DNA of 60,990 bases, the filler included. It is 6 parts of 6 records of this genome, joined end to end, with 100 filler letters (N's around TTAATTAATTAA, not from the genome) between each part and the next. Parts side by side here need not be neighbours in the genome. Positions count along the whole stretch, not along the records: positions 11,791 to 41,968 come from SRR20825010_318; 5 more parts are not named here. The stretch is one strand, 5' to 3'. Within the stretch, counting starts at the first letter, position 1; each line of letters starts with the position of its first letter. Under the pieces are notes generated by a model that saw only the letters and a program-made list of their open reading frames with translations, did not search any database and was not told the origin of the DNA. Positions 30,996-41,248 of this stretch are shown here, in pieces. The translations under genes were made by a program, and so were the position numbers.

Positions 30996-31097
30996 GCAAC
31001 CAATTATTCGTTGCTGCATCATTTCGATAAGGTCATTTGTTATATCTTTCCTTGTCCTTTTGGCCCGCACAACCCAAAATCACAAAAAAAGCAGACT

Positions 31098-32036
31098 ATG
31101 AAAAAAACAAACTTGATTTTTACAACTTTGATGGGCATCGCACTGTTCTCCTGTTCCACCGAATCGTCTACAGGAAGCCCTGAACCCGAAGTCGCCCGAT
31201 TGAACATTACATTTATAATGGATGACGAAGCCGAGCGATTGGACAATTTGGGCAATCCTGTATCGGTTCCCGAAGGAAATGCAGCACAAAACCCTGATTT
31301 TGATGTTCTGGGGTTGCATTTTATGGGTCTGTATCCGGACAAGTTCACTCCCTATGATGAGGGTGCCACCATCACTTCGACCGCAACTACGGGAAGTGGG
31401 GGAGCCACAGCCATCGATTTTGACAGCGAAGTGTTTTTGAATGAAGAGATCAACACCTTTAGCATTCCATTGAGTTACGTAGTTGCCGGCACGTATGAAT
31501 ATTTTAGGGCTTCTATTGGGTACCAGAAATACAAAATCGTATACAACCTTGAGGGAGCCGAGACAGAAATTCCCGACTGGCCGGATGGCGTTGACGATAA
31601 TATTGATGTGGATGCCACTGTTGGGTCTTTTTTGGGTTACAACACTTATATCGGCAATTATACCTTGGACAAACTTACAGTAGATATCAATGGGAATAAG
31701 GCCCAAGGGTATTTTGGTCTGGAAACCCAAGGGAATATTAACGGGTTTGTCCTAACGCAATTAACGCAAGGCAATGCGCCGCAAACCACGGTGCCCAATC
31801 CCATTAACGAAACGTCTCCGGTTCCTGAAGGCTCATGCGTGGTAACAGGACAGTTTCCATCTGCTTTGGTAATTCCAGCAAATGCCACTGAGGACATCAA
31901 CATTGAAGTGGTCATATCCATAAACAATAGTTTTGAATGGGAAGACGGCAATGGCAACGGCAAATATGAACCCTTATTGGGCGAAAATGTTGTTGACATG
32001 GGCACACGCGGAGTGTTCCCTTCCGTTGTGGATTAA
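31098..32036 (+). CDS. Hypothetical acidic lipoprotein
   Basis: MKKTNLIFTTLMGIALFSC signal peptide II with lipobox; ATG 31098 preferred over the ORF-track start 31011. Confidence 0.8.
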   Translation: MKKTNLIFTTLMGIALFSCSTESSTGSPEPEVARLNITFIMDDEAERLDNLGNPVSVPEGNAAQNPDFDVLGLHFMGLYPDKFTPYDEGATITSTATTGSGGATAIDFDSEVFLNEEINTFSIPLSYVVAGTYEYFRASIGYQKYKIVYNLEGAETEIPDWPDGVDDNIDVDATVGSFLGYNTYIGNYTLDKLTVDINGNKAQGYFGLETQGNINGFVLTQLTQGNAPQTTVPNPINETSPVPEGSCVVTGQFPSALVIPANATEDINIEVVISINNSFEWEDGNGNGKYEPLLGENVVDMGTRGVFPSVVD

Positions 32037-33121
32037 GCCACCGTTCCCTGGCAACTACTACCGGCCCCTGCGGTGCAACCGTAACAATGTTGTGAAATGA
32101 TAATCTCCCGATTGCTCAATACATCATCATTATAATCTTTGATGTGCTTTACCTTGCTCGCCACTTTTAGGTCCAGCATTTGATTGAAATCGCAGTCGTA
32201 CAACCAACCGTCCCAACTCACCGAGATGGTATTGGTGCACATTACGTTTTCAACTGCGGCCGGATTATAGGCCTCAACCAAGGAATACATATAATCCTCG
32301 TAATTATCGGATGCGATGAGGTAGTCCAAAAATCGTGAAATGGGCAGATTGGTGATGGCAAAAAGATTGTGGAAATCGATATCAAAATCTTCTTTTAAGG
32401 CCTTTTTGAAATCTCGTTCCATCGCGCTTTGGTCCGTAGGTAAAAAGGCCCCTGAAGGATTGTAGACCAAATCCAAGCGCAGATCGCTGTTTGGCATGCC
32501 GTAACCTACTTGGTTGAGCATCTGCAAAGCTTTGATGGATTTGTCAAAAACACCATCGCCCCGCTGCTTGTCGGTTTTGCCCCGGGTATAGTGCGGCATG
32601 GACGATACCACATGGACGTTATGTTTTTTAAAGAACTCGGGCAGGTCGTGGTACTTTTTATTTGCCAAAATGATGGTCAAATTGGAGCGGACGATGAAAT
32701 CTTGAATGCCCGCTTTTGATGCTTCCTCTACAAACCATCTAAAATCAGTGTTCATTTCGGGAGCTCCGCCTGTAAGGTCCAAAGTATGGGCCCCGGTGTT
32801 GCGGATGACCTCCAGACATTGTTCCATGGTTTCACGGGTCATGATTTCCTGTCGGTCGGGCCCCGCATCCACATGACAGTGCGCACAGACTTGGTTGCAC
32901 ATGTAGCCTACATTGATCTGGAGCACCTCCAATTTTTTTGGCTTCAACGGGAATTGACCTGTTTCTGCGATTTTATCCTTAAAAAAAGGAAGTTCTCCCT
33001 TGGCAAAAAGGTCACCGCTCAATATCTCCAACTGCTTTTGGGTATTGGCAAGCTCGTCTTCCCGCGCTTTTAATGATTTTTTAGCTGCTTTTTTTATGTC
33101 TGTGAGTATGCTTTGCGTCAT
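32033..33121 (-). CDS. arsS: Arsenosugar-biosynthesis-type radical SAM protein
   Basis: QINVGYMCNQVCAHCHV (CxxxCxxC), DLTGGAPE, YDCDFNQM and C-terminal HCYGCTAGAGSSC. Confidence 0.88.
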   Translation of the reverse strand: MTQSILTDIKKAAKKSLKAREDELANTQKQLEILSGDLFAKGELPFFKDKIAETGQFPLKPKKLEVLQINVGYMCNQVCAHCHVDAGPDRQEIMTRETMEQCLEVIRNTGAHTLDLTGGAPEMNTDFRWFVEEASKAGIQDFIVRSNLTIILANKKYHDLPEFFKKHNVHVVSSMPHYTRGKTDKQRGDGVFDKSIKALQMLNQVGYGMPNSDLRLDLVYNPSGAFLPTDQSAMERDFKKALKEDFDIDFHNLFAITNLPISRFLDYLIASDNYEDYMYSLVEAYNPAAVENVMCTNTISVSWDGWLYDCDFNQMLDLKVASKVKHIKDYNDDVLSNREIIISQHCYGCTAGAGSSCQGTVA

Positions 33122-33208
33122 ATCTACTTTTTATAATCCTAGAGGAAACCTTGATGTTCCACTTGAAATATTTTTCAGTCCAACCCCTTCAAAAGAAGCG
33201 CTCCAATA

Positions 33209-33544
33209 CTACATGGAAAGTTTATCGTACTTGTTCATCATCTGAACACCGTGTACCAATGTCGCACCGCTCTCTATAGCCGCACCGGCGTGTACGGCCT
33301 CCATCATTTCTTCTTTGGTAATGCCACGTTGCAGTCCATCTTTGGTATAGGCATCTATACAGTATGGGCACTTTACCACGTGCGCCACGGCGAGGGCAAT
33401 CAAGGATTTTTCGCGGGCACTGAGGGCACCTTCCTCAAAAACCTTTCCGTAGTAGTCAAAAAACTTTTTGCCCAGTTCCTCGCTCCATTCTGTGATGTTG
33501 CCAAATTTTCTAAGGTCTGCTGGGTCGTAATATGAATTGGCCAT
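33209..33544 (-). CDS. AhpD/carboxymuconolactone-decarboxylase-like protein associated with arsS
   Basis: GALSAREKSLIALAVAH..KCPYCID and GATLVHGVQM; directly upstream of arsS on the same strand. Confidence 0.85.
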   Translation of the reverse strand: MANSYYDPADLRKFGNITEWSEELGKKFFDYYGKVFEEGALSAREKSLIALAVAHVVKCPYCIDAYTKDGLQRGITKEEMMEAVHAGAAIESGATLVHGVQMMNKYDKLSM

Positions 33545-33679
33545 GTTTTTCTATTTAATGTTTCTCCTAAACATACAACAATTATCACTATTCATTTAGG
33601 TCGAAAGTATTTGTGCAAGATTACAGATCCTGAAAAATAAATATCTCGTGATACAGGAGATCTGATTATCAGATATCTA

Positions 33680-33708
33680 AAAAGAAAAGAGCGACAATTG
33701 TCGCTCTT
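33680..33708 (-). terminator. Intrinsic terminator of the fasciclin gene
   Basis: Perfect 22-bp palindrome AAGAGCGACAATTGTCGCTCTT (33687-33708) followed by a U-rich tract on the minus strand. Confidence 0.75.
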
Positions 33709-33736
33709 CTGCTAATTCAAATTATGAAGGAACTGT

Positions 33737-34294
33737 TTATTTTGAAGGTAACACAACAGTATCCACCACATGGATAACCCCATTGGATTGGTTCACGTCG
33801 GCGATGGTTACGGTGGACACGTTTCCGGCACCGTCCTTGATCATGATCATACCTTTGTCCATCATGGCGGTCAAGGTATCTCCGTTCACTGTGGTAAGCT
33901 CGGCCATGCCGTCACCTTTCTTAATCCATTTTTTCAAGTCTTTGGCGTTGTATTTTCCAGCCACTACGTGATAGGTAAGTACTCCTTGCAATTTTGCTTT
34001 GTTCTCTGGTTTGAGCAGCGTAGCCACAGTTCCATCGGGCAATTTTTCGAATGCACTGTTGGTCGGGGCAAATACGGTAAATGGGCCTTCACCTTGCAGA
34101 GTTTCTACCAATCCAGCAGCTTTTACGGCAGCGACCAAAGTAGTATGGTCTTTAGAGTTTACGGCATTGGAAACAATATCCTTGCTTGGATACATGGGGG
34201 CTCCCCCTACCATTTTAGTTTGTGAAAAACCTGTAGTGATGGTCATAAATCCAGCACAAGCAATTAGTAACGTTAATGTTTTAATAGATTTCAT
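33737..34294 (-). CDS. Fasciclin (FAS1) domain secreted protein
   Basis: Signal peptide; TLVAAVKAAGLVETL, FTVFAPTN.AF, LTYHVV, NGVIHVVD.V. Confidence 0.93.
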   Translation of the reverse strand: MKSIKTLTLLIACAGFMTITTGFSQTKMVGGAPMYPSKDIVSNAVNSKDHTTLVAAVKAAGLVETLQGEGPFTVFAPTNSAFEKLPDGTVATLLKPENKAKLQGVLTYHVVAGKYNAKDLKKWIKKGDGMAELTTVNGDTLTAMMDKGMIMIKDGAGNVSTVTIADVNQSNGVIHVVDTVVLPSK

Positions 34295-34450
34295 GAGATT
34301 AAATTTTTAGTTTATATAATCACTTACGGAGTTTTGACTAAATGGGTTTGGTTTTTTGATTGTAGCGAGGTCTTTTAATCGAAATACAATGTTGTAGTAA
34401 CCTTGGAAAACTATCATTATGTTACCTTTACACGGTATTACTTTTGAGAA

Positions 34451-35224
34451 ATGCTTGAAGATAAATCCATAGGTTTGGTGCTTTCCGGGGGAGGTGTCCG
34501 TGGCATGGCACATATAGGACTTATAAAGGCCATGCGCGAACATCAGATTGAGGCCAAGGTGGTCGCGGGCACAAGTATCGGTGCATTGGTCGGTGCCCTA
34601 TATGCCAACGACAATTCGGTGGAGGATATGCTCAAGTTCTTCAAAGAGACCCCATTGTTCCAGTATAGCTTTTTTGCCATCAACAAACCCGGGTTTATCG
34701 ACACGGAGCGGTATTTTAGCATTTTTAAGCATTTTTTTCCCGAGAACAACTTCAAAAGTTTAAAACGCCCTCTTTTTGTGGTCGCAACAGATTTATTGAA
34801 AGGTAGCGAGAAGGTGTTTTATGAGGGGGAACTCATCAAACCTTTATTGGCATCAGCCGCCTTACCGCCCGTTTTTAGCCCCGTAACCATTGATGATGTA
34901 CTGTATGCAGATGGGGGAATCATGAACAATTTTCCAAAGGAATATGTACATCATATTACAGATTACACCATTGGGAGCAACGTGTCCATAACCGTTCCCT
35001 TGGAAAAAAAGGATTTGAGAAATTCCTTTCAGTTGACTGCAAGGGTCACCAGTTTAATGATCCATGCATCGAATCATGAAAAGATGATGGAATGTGATCT
35101 CTTTATCGAGCCTAGCGAATTGGAGACCATAGGCGTTCTTGATAAAAAAGGTATCGAAAACGCTTTCAATATAGGGTACGAACATGGAAGCAGGGCCTTG
35201 GAAAAATTGTTGACCAAGACCTAG
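34451..35224 (+). CDS. Patatin-like phospholipase
   Basis: LSGGGVRG, GTSIG and DGG motifs. Confidence 0.92.
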   Translation: MLEDKSIGLVLSGGGVRGMAHIGLIKAMREHQIEAKVVAGTSIGALVGALYANDNSVEDMLKFFKETPLFQYSFFAINKPGFIDTERYFSIFKHFFPENNFKSLKRPLFVVATDLLKGSEKVFYEGELIKPLLASAALPPVFSPVTIDDVLYADGGIMNNFPKEYVHHITDYTIGSNVSITVPLEKKDLRNSFQLTARVTSLMIHASNHEKMMECDLFIEPSELETIGVLDKKGIENAFNIGYEHGSRALEKLLTKT

Positions 35225-35239
35225 TTCGGTCATTTCAAT

Positions 35240-36289
35240 CTATACATCGTCATAATCCACCTTTATACTTGGGGTGGTAGGATGCGATTGACAGGTGAGG
35301 ATAAACCCTTCTTCAATTTCACTATCGGTAAGGATCTGGTTTCTTACCATTTCCACCTTCCCTTCGGTAAGTCGCGCAATGCAGCTACTGCAAACACCGC
35401 CTTGGCAAGAGTACGGAGCATCTATATCTTCTTTTAGGACCGCATCCAACACCCGTTCCTTTTTGTCCATTACAAAGGTAAAGGTCTCATCGTCCAAAAG
35501 AACATCCACTCTAGTTTTGCCTTCCAGTTCTTCAGCAAGCTCGTCATCGCCATCATCATCCGTGGTAAAGAGCTCAAAATGGATTTTTTCCTTGGGAACA
35601 CCATTGTCTTGTAAGGTATCCGTTACCTGATCTATCATTTCTTCGGGACCGCAAAGGTAAAAACCATCAAACTCGGTTCCCTTGAACTTGTTTTTGAGCA
35701 CAAAATTCACGGTCGAACGCTCTATCCGTCCAAAAAGGGCATCTTCCTCGGTGGACCTGCTGTACACATACTGTACAAAAAAGCGGTCTCCATAACGTTC
35801 CTTAATGGATTGTATGGTCTTAAAATACATGGTCTCTTCGGGAGATTGATTTCCGAAGACCAAGACAAAATTGCTTTCTGGGTTGCTCTCCAACACGGTT
35901 TGTGCAATGCTCATGATCGGGGTGATTCCGCTACCGGCCGCAAAGGCCGCTATTTTTTTTGGCGAGGTTTCATCAAAAATAAATCGTCCCTCAGGAAACA
36001 TCACCTCTATAGAGTCCCCTGCCTTTAATTGTTCGTTGGCATAGACGGAAAAAGTCCCTCCTTCCATTTTTTTGATGCCCACGGTCAATTTGCCAGACGA
36101 AGGGGGTGATGAAATGGAATAGGCCCTGCGAAGTTCCTTTCCATCCAAAGTGAATTTTAGGGTAATGTATTGACCAGCTTTAAAGCTGTAATCCTCTTTT
36201 AAGTTTTCTGGTATGTCAAAGGTAAGGGCCACGGCATTTGGCGTCAATCGGTCCACCGCGGCTATTTTTAGGGCATGAAAATGACTCAT
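35240..36289 (-). CDS. Ferredoxin-NAD(P)+ reductase with C-terminal 2Fe-2S domain (PaaE-like)
   Basis: RRAYSISS, AAGSGITP, LCGP, PYSCQGGVCSSC, LTCQ. Confidence 0.9.
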   Translation of the reverse strand: MSHFHALKIAAVDRLTPNAVALTFDIPENLKEDYSFKAGQYITLKFTLDGKELRRAYSISSPPSSGKLTVGIKKMEGGTFSVYANEQLKAGDSIEVMFPEGRFIFDETSPKKIAAFAAGSGITPIMSIAQTVLESNPESNFVLVFGNQSPEETMYFKTIQSIKERYGDRFFVQYVYSRSTEEDALFGRIERSTVNFVLKNKFKGTEFDGFYLCGPEEMIDQVTDTLQDNGVPKEKIHFELFTTDDDGDDELAEELEGKTRVDVLLDDETFTFVMDKKERVLDAVLKEDIDAPYSCQGGVCSSCIARLTEGKVEMVRNQILTDSEIEEGFILTCQSHPTTPSIKVDYDDV

Positions 36290-36409
36290 GTATCGAATTT
36301 TGCTGCAAAATTAAGCATTACATACTTTTTGCACGCCTATTTTTATAAAAAGCATGTCTCTTCTGTAACAAATCCGATAAATTAGACACCAACTAAAAAA
36401 ACGCCAACC

Positions 36410-37879
36410 ATGCTCAAACATTTTATTGGACTCCAATGGAAGTCTTTTTTTAGGTCAGCAACTTTTAAGACCGAGATTTGGTTTAAGATATTGATGGCCC
36501 TGGGGGCCCTATACTTTATTGTGGTTTTCCTGGGAATGGGTGTCGGAGCCTTTTTCCTGATCAAGGAAATGGAAATTGGGGATCCGCTTCGTGTTGTCAA
36601 TCAGTTTATGATCTATTACCTGGCCTTTGACCTGGTGTTTAGGTACATGCTGCAAAAAATGCCCGTTACCAATATCAAACCTTTGCTCTATCTGCCGATT
36701 AGCAAGAGCAAGGTGGTCAATTTTTCATTGGGAAAAACGGTAATATCCTTCTTTAACCTTGCACATGCCTTCTTCTTTATTCCGTTTAGTATAGTTTTAC
36801 TTGTGGAGGGATATCCACCTTTGCAAGTCGTAGGTTGGCATCTGGCATTAATGGCCATAATTTACTGCAACAACTTTATCAATGTAATGGTGAACAACCA
36901 GAATGTGGTTTTTTATACCATTGCGGCATTGTTCATTGTTGCAGGTGCATCACAGTATTACCAATGGTTTGATATTACCATCTATACCGGTCCAATTTTC
37001 GATTTTTTCTACGACACCCCTTGGACGGCGATTATCCCTTGGTTGATTTTGATAGGATTGTACTATGGGGCCTTTGCCTATTTTAAAAAACATATGTATC
37101 TGGATGGCGGTTTGGCCAAGAAACAGACCGAGGCCAAGACCGAAAACTTGGAGTGGTTGAATCGCTTTGGGAATCTGGGAACCTTCCTGAAGAACGATAT
37201 CAAACTGATCAAACGAAACAAACGATCACGTTCCGCTGTGATTGCGGGAGCGTTTTTTATTTTTTACGGACTCCTCTTTTTCACTGGCGCACTTGAGGTT
37301 TACGATGGACCTTTTTGGAAGATTTTTGCGGGAATTTTTGTCACGGGGGGCTTCCTGTTCAGTTTTGGGCAGTACGTGCCCAGTTGGGACAGTAGTTATT
37401 ACCCCTTGATGATGAGCCAAAACATCAAATACCGCGAATACCTCTCCTCAAAATGGTATTTGGTGATCATTGCGACCATTATATCCACCATTTTGGCCAC
37501 TTTCTATATCTATTTTGGATGGGAAGCCTATGCCGCTGTTTTGGTAGGGGCCATTTACAACATTGGAATCAACAGCTATCTGGTGCTTTGGGGCGGAGCT
37601 TACGTCAAAACGCCGATAGATCTTACCTCCAACAAAAAGGCATTTGGAGACAAGCAGGCTTTTAACGCAAAAACGCTTCTGCTCACTTTACCAAAATTGG
37701 TATTGCCCATTGGTATTTACGCCATTGGCCACTTTTTGATCAACCCGATGGCCGGATACATTTTTGTGGCCGTTTTTGGACTGCTCGGATTCGTTTTCAA
37801 GAACAAGGTGTTCACCATGATCGAGGGCATCTACAAAAAGGAGAAGTACAAAACTTTACTGGCATACAAACAGAAATAA
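36410..37879 (+). CDS. Putative ABC-associated membrane protein (DUF5687-like)
   Basis: Polytopic membrane protein upstream of an ABC ATPase; LQWKSFFR and VPSWDS motifs. Confidence 0.72.
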   Translation: MLKHFIGLQWKSFFRSATFKTEIWFKILMALGALYFIVVFLGMGVGAFFLIKEMEIGDPLRVVNQFMIYYLAFDLVFRYMLQKMPVTNIKPLLYLPISKSKVVNFSLGKTVISFFNLAHAFFFIPFSIVLLVEGYPPLQVVGWHLALMAIIYCNNFINVMVNNQNVVFYTIAALFIVAGASQYYQWFDITIYTGPIFDFFYDTPWTAIIPWLILIGLYYGAFAYFKKHMYLDGGLAKKQTEAKTENLEWLNRFGNLGTFLKNDIKLIKRNKRSRSAVIAGAFFIFYGLLFFTGALEVYDGPFWKIFAGIFVTGGFLFSFGQYVPSWDSSYYPLMMSQNIKYREYLSSKWYLVIIATIISTILATFYIYFGWEAYAAVLVGAIYNIGINSYLVLWGGAYVKTPIDLTSNKKAFGDKQAFNAKTLLLTLPKLVLPIGIYAIGHFLINPMAGYIFVAVFGLLGFVFKNKVFTMIEGIYKKEKYKTLLAYKQK

Positions 37880-37900
37880 CACACCATTAATATAAAAAAC

Positions 37901-38596
37901 ATGATCACAGTTCATAATTTGACCAAGACCTACGGCGAGAACACCGTTTTGAACATTGACCACTTGGAGATTCCCAAAGGACAGAGCTTTGGCCTGGTCG
38001 GGAACAATGGAGCGGGGAAAACAACGCTTTTCAGTTTGTTGCTCGATTTAATCCAGCCCTCATCCGGCCATATCATCAATAAAAATGTGCAAGTGGACCA
38101 GAGCGAGGACTGGAAGCCCTTTACCTCTGCCTTTATCGATGAGACCTTCTTGATCGGGTACCTCACTCCAGAGGAATACTTCTACTTTATCGGGGAGCTG
38201 CGCGGCAGGAACAAGGCCGATGTGGATGCCCTGTTGTCCAATTTTGAGGATTTCTTTCACGATGAGATCTTGGGCCAGAAAAAGTATTTGCGGGACCTTT
38301 CCAAAGGAAACCAGAAGAAAGTGGGCATTGTGGCCAGCTTTATCGGCAACCCCGAAGTGGTGATCTTGGACGAGCCTTTTGCCAATCTGGACCCGACCAC
38401 CCAAATCCGATTAAAGGGAATCATCAAGGATTTGGCTGCCAAAGAAGGCGTGACGGTACTGGTATCCAGTCACGATTTGATCCACGTAACCGAAGTATGC
38501 GAACGGATCGTGGTGCTCAACAAGGGTGAAATTGTGAAGGATATCCATACCTCTGCGCAAACCATGAAGGAGCTCGAAGCCTTCTTTGCCGGTTGA
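37901..38596 (+). CDS. ABC transporter ATP-binding protein
   Basis: GNNGAGKTT, LSKGN signature, ILDEP, SSHD. Confidence 0.93.
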   Translation: MITVHNLTKTYGENTVLNIDHLEIPKGQSFGLVGNNGAGKTTLFSLLLDLIQPSSGHIINKNVQVDQSEDWKPFTSAFIDETFLIGYLTPEEYFYFIGELRGRNKADVDALLSNFEDFFHDEILGQKKYLRDLSKGNQKKVGIVASFIGNPEVVILDEPFANLDPTTQIRLKGIIKDLAAKEGVTVLVSSHDLIHVTEVCERIVVLNKGEIVKDIHTSAQTMKELEAFFAG

Positions 38597-38695
38597 TGTT
38601 TGAAAAGCGACATTAAAATTCTTGCATTTTATCGATAAGCCTTATAATAATCCGCTCATTTTTGAGTTTAAGGTTACACAAGATTATCGATAATT

Positions 38696-41227
38696 TTGAA
38701 GCTTCATCATACATTTTTAGGCGCCATGGTTTTGGGAGGACTTGCATTCAATGCCTGTTCCACCCAAAAGGACAAGTTCATCAACCGAAATTGGCACGCC
38801 ATCAATACCGAGTTCAATACCTTGTACAACGGTAACCTTGCCTTTCAAAAAGGGCTGGAAGAAATCAATGCCAATTATCGGGACGACTATTGGGAAATCC
38901 TTCCCGTGGAGCGCCTCAAGGTGACCGATGAGATAAAACTGGACTCCGAGGACAACAACCCCAACTTTCTAATCGCTGAGGAAAAGGCCACCAAGGCCAT
39001 CCAAAAGCACAGCATGGACATCAAGGACGAGGAGCGGAATCCACAGATCGATGAAGCATTCCTTTTGTTGGGCAAGTCCCGCTATTTTGACCAGCGTTAT
39101 ATTCCCGCGCTGGAATCTTTCAACTACATCCTTAGAAAGTACAGCAAGAGCGACAAATTGAACGAAGCCACCATTTGGCGGGAAAAAACCAACATGCGGT
39201 TGGACAACCCCGAAGTGGCCATTAAAAACTTGAAGCGGCTTTTCAAATACGAAAAGCTGAAGGACCAGGAATATGCCGATGCCAATGCGGTTCTCGCCCA
39301 GTGCTATATCAACTTGAATGCGCCCGATACCGCCATTCAAAAATTAAAAATATCTCAAGCGTACACCAAAAAGAATCCCGAAAAGGGAAGATACCTGTTC
39401 ATCATTGGGCAGCTGTACGACCAATTGGGGCATCAGGACAGTGCCAACTACGCATACAACAAGGTCATCGAGCTCAACCGTAAATCACCACGGGTGTACA
39501 TGATCAATGCCCATTTAAAGACAATACAGAACACCGAACTTGCCGAAGAAAACCGAGAGGAGATGTTGGAATACCTCACCGATCTGGAAGAGAACCGGGA
39601 GAACCGGCCCTTTTTGGACAAGATCTACCGTCAAGTGGCCGAATATCACATGGCTTATGGTCAGGATAGTTTGGCCTTGGCTTATTATAACAAATCGATT
39701 CAGGCGACCCAAGGAGAACGCAAGTTGTTCGCCTTGAACTATCAAAGTTTGGCAGACTATTATTTTGATAAGGATGAATATCGATTGGCAGGTTCCTACT
39801 ACGATAGTACTTTGACCAACCTGAACGAAAACACAAGAAAGCATCGCAGTATCAGTAAAAAACTGGACAACCTAGAGGATGTAATCAAATATGAGGATAT
39901 CGTTCAGCACGCCGATAGCGTGATTACATTGTACCAAATGCCCGTTGCAGAACGAACCGCTTATTTTGAGGATTATATTGCCGAGATGAAACGCAAGGAA
40001 GAAGCGGAGGCGGAGAAACAACTGGAACGTACCAATGCCGGTTTTGCTACGTTTGCCAACAGTAAGGGCGGTAAAGAGAATCAGGGAAAGTTCTATTTCT
40101 ATAACATTACCAGTCTGGGCCACGGCAGAAACGATTTTAAGACCCGTTGGGGCACAAGGAATTTAGAGGACGATTGGCGCTGGAGCAACAAATCCAAAAC
40201 CTTGGTTTCCGAAGCAACAGGAGAGGAGATTGCTGCCAGCGAAGAAGTGTTGACCGAGGACCAAAAATATTCAGTCGAGTATTATTTGGAACAAGTGCCC
40301 ACCGATGTGGCCGTTATCGATAGTTTGAAGGTTGAACGCAACTTCGCCAATTATCAATTGGGACTGATTTATAAAGAGAAGTTCAAGGACCATATGCTGG
40401 CCGCTGCCAAATTGGAGCGCGTACTGTCCTCCAGTCCCGAAGAGCGCTTGATTTTGCCATCAAAATATAATCTGTACAAGATTTATGAGGAGTCCGGAAG
40501 CCCATTGGCAGTGGACATGAAACAGAACATCATCACCAATCACCCGGATACACGCTACGCAGAAATTTTGTTGAACCCACAGGCTGTACTTGACGGAAAT
40601 ACGGATAGTCCTGATGCGAGGTATGCGGCCTTGTTCAAAAAGTATGAACAGCAGCAATTTTTGGAAGTTATTACCCAATCGGAAGAATATATCAACCAAT
40701 TTACGGGAGATCCCATTGTGCCCAAGTTCGAGATGCTGAAAGCGAACGCCATTGGCCGTTTGCAAGGGTTTGAGCCTTTTAAGGAAGCACTTAACTACGT
40801 TGCACTTACCTACCCTAACAATCCAGAAGGGAAGAAAGCGGAACAAATGGTAGAGGAGCAATTGCCCAAATTGGAGACCAAGGAGTTTTCCCCGGAAACA
40901 GGTTCCACAGGAGCAGGAAACTGGAAAGTGGTTTTTCCGTTCAAGATCAAGAATGATGAAAATGCGACCAAGCTCAAAAACCGTTTGGTCGAGGTGGTGG
41001 ACGAACTAAATTACAAGAACATTATATCCAAGGACATCTATAATTTGGAAGATGAGTTTGTGGTGGTACATGGGTTTCCATCCCAAGATTTCGCCCTAGG
41101 CTTTGCTGAGCTTATAAAAAACAATAAGGACTACCTCATTAAAGATGAGAATTTTGTAGTTTTATCCGACAATTATAAAATTATACAGGTCCATAAGAAT
41201 TTGGAATCATACAAAGCACAATTTTAA
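38696..41227 (+). CDS. sprE: Type IX secretion / gliding lipoprotein SprE (PorW family, TPR)
   Basis: Lipobox AFNAC, N.LYNG, KAIQKHSM, FYFYN and WG.R.LEDDWR motifs; sits upstream of bactofilin and atpZ-like genes. Confidence 0.85.
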   Translation: MKLHHTFLGAMVLGGLAFNACSTQKDKFINRNWHAINTEFNTLYNGNLAFQKGLEEINANYRDDYWEILPVERLKVTDEIKLDSEDNNPNFLIAEEKATKAIQKHSMDIKDEERNPQIDEAFLLLGKSRYFDQRYIPALESFNYILRKYSKSDKLNEATIWREKTNMRLDNPEVAIKNLKRLFKYEKLKDQEYADANAVLAQCYINLNAPDTAIQKLKISQAYTKKNPEKGRYLFIIGQLYDQLGHQDSANYAYNKVIELNRKSPRVYMINAHLKTIQNTELAEENREEMLEYLTDLEENRENRPFLDKIYRQVAEYHMAYGQDSLALAYYNKSIQATQGERKLFALNYQSLADYYFDKDEYRLAGSYYDSTLTNLNENTRKHRSISKKLDNLEDVIKYEDIVQHADSVITLYQMPVAERTAYFEDYIAEMKRKEEAEAEKQLERTNAGFATFANSKGGKENQGKFYFYNITSLGHGRNDFKTRWGTRNLEDDWRWSNKSKTLVSEATGEEIAASEEVLTEDQKYSVEYYLEQVPTDVAVIDSLKVERNFANYQLGLIYKEKFKDHMLAAAKLERVLSSSPEERLILPSKYNLYKIYEESGSPLAVDMKQNIITNHPDTRYAEILLNPQAVLDGNTDSPDARYAALFKKYEQQQFLEVITQSEEYINQFTGDPIVPKFEMLKANAIGRLQGFEPFKEALNYVALTYPNNPEGKKAEQMVEEQLPKLETKEFSPETGSTGAGNWKVVFPFKIKNDENATKLKNRLVEVVDELNYKNIISKDIYNLEDEFVVVHGFPSQDFALGFAELIKNNKDYLIKDENFVVLSDNYKIIQVHKNLESYKAQF

Positions 41228-41248
41228 TCCCCAAAACCCTAGAACACT

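Noticed and set aside
32033..33544. Selenocysteine recoding in arsS or its partner
   Set aside because: Both ORFs are uninterrupted, have Cys at the relevant motifs and end in TAA/TAG
35240..36289. Phenylacetate degradation cluster
   Set aside because: Only the reductase-like gene is present; no paaABCD nearby
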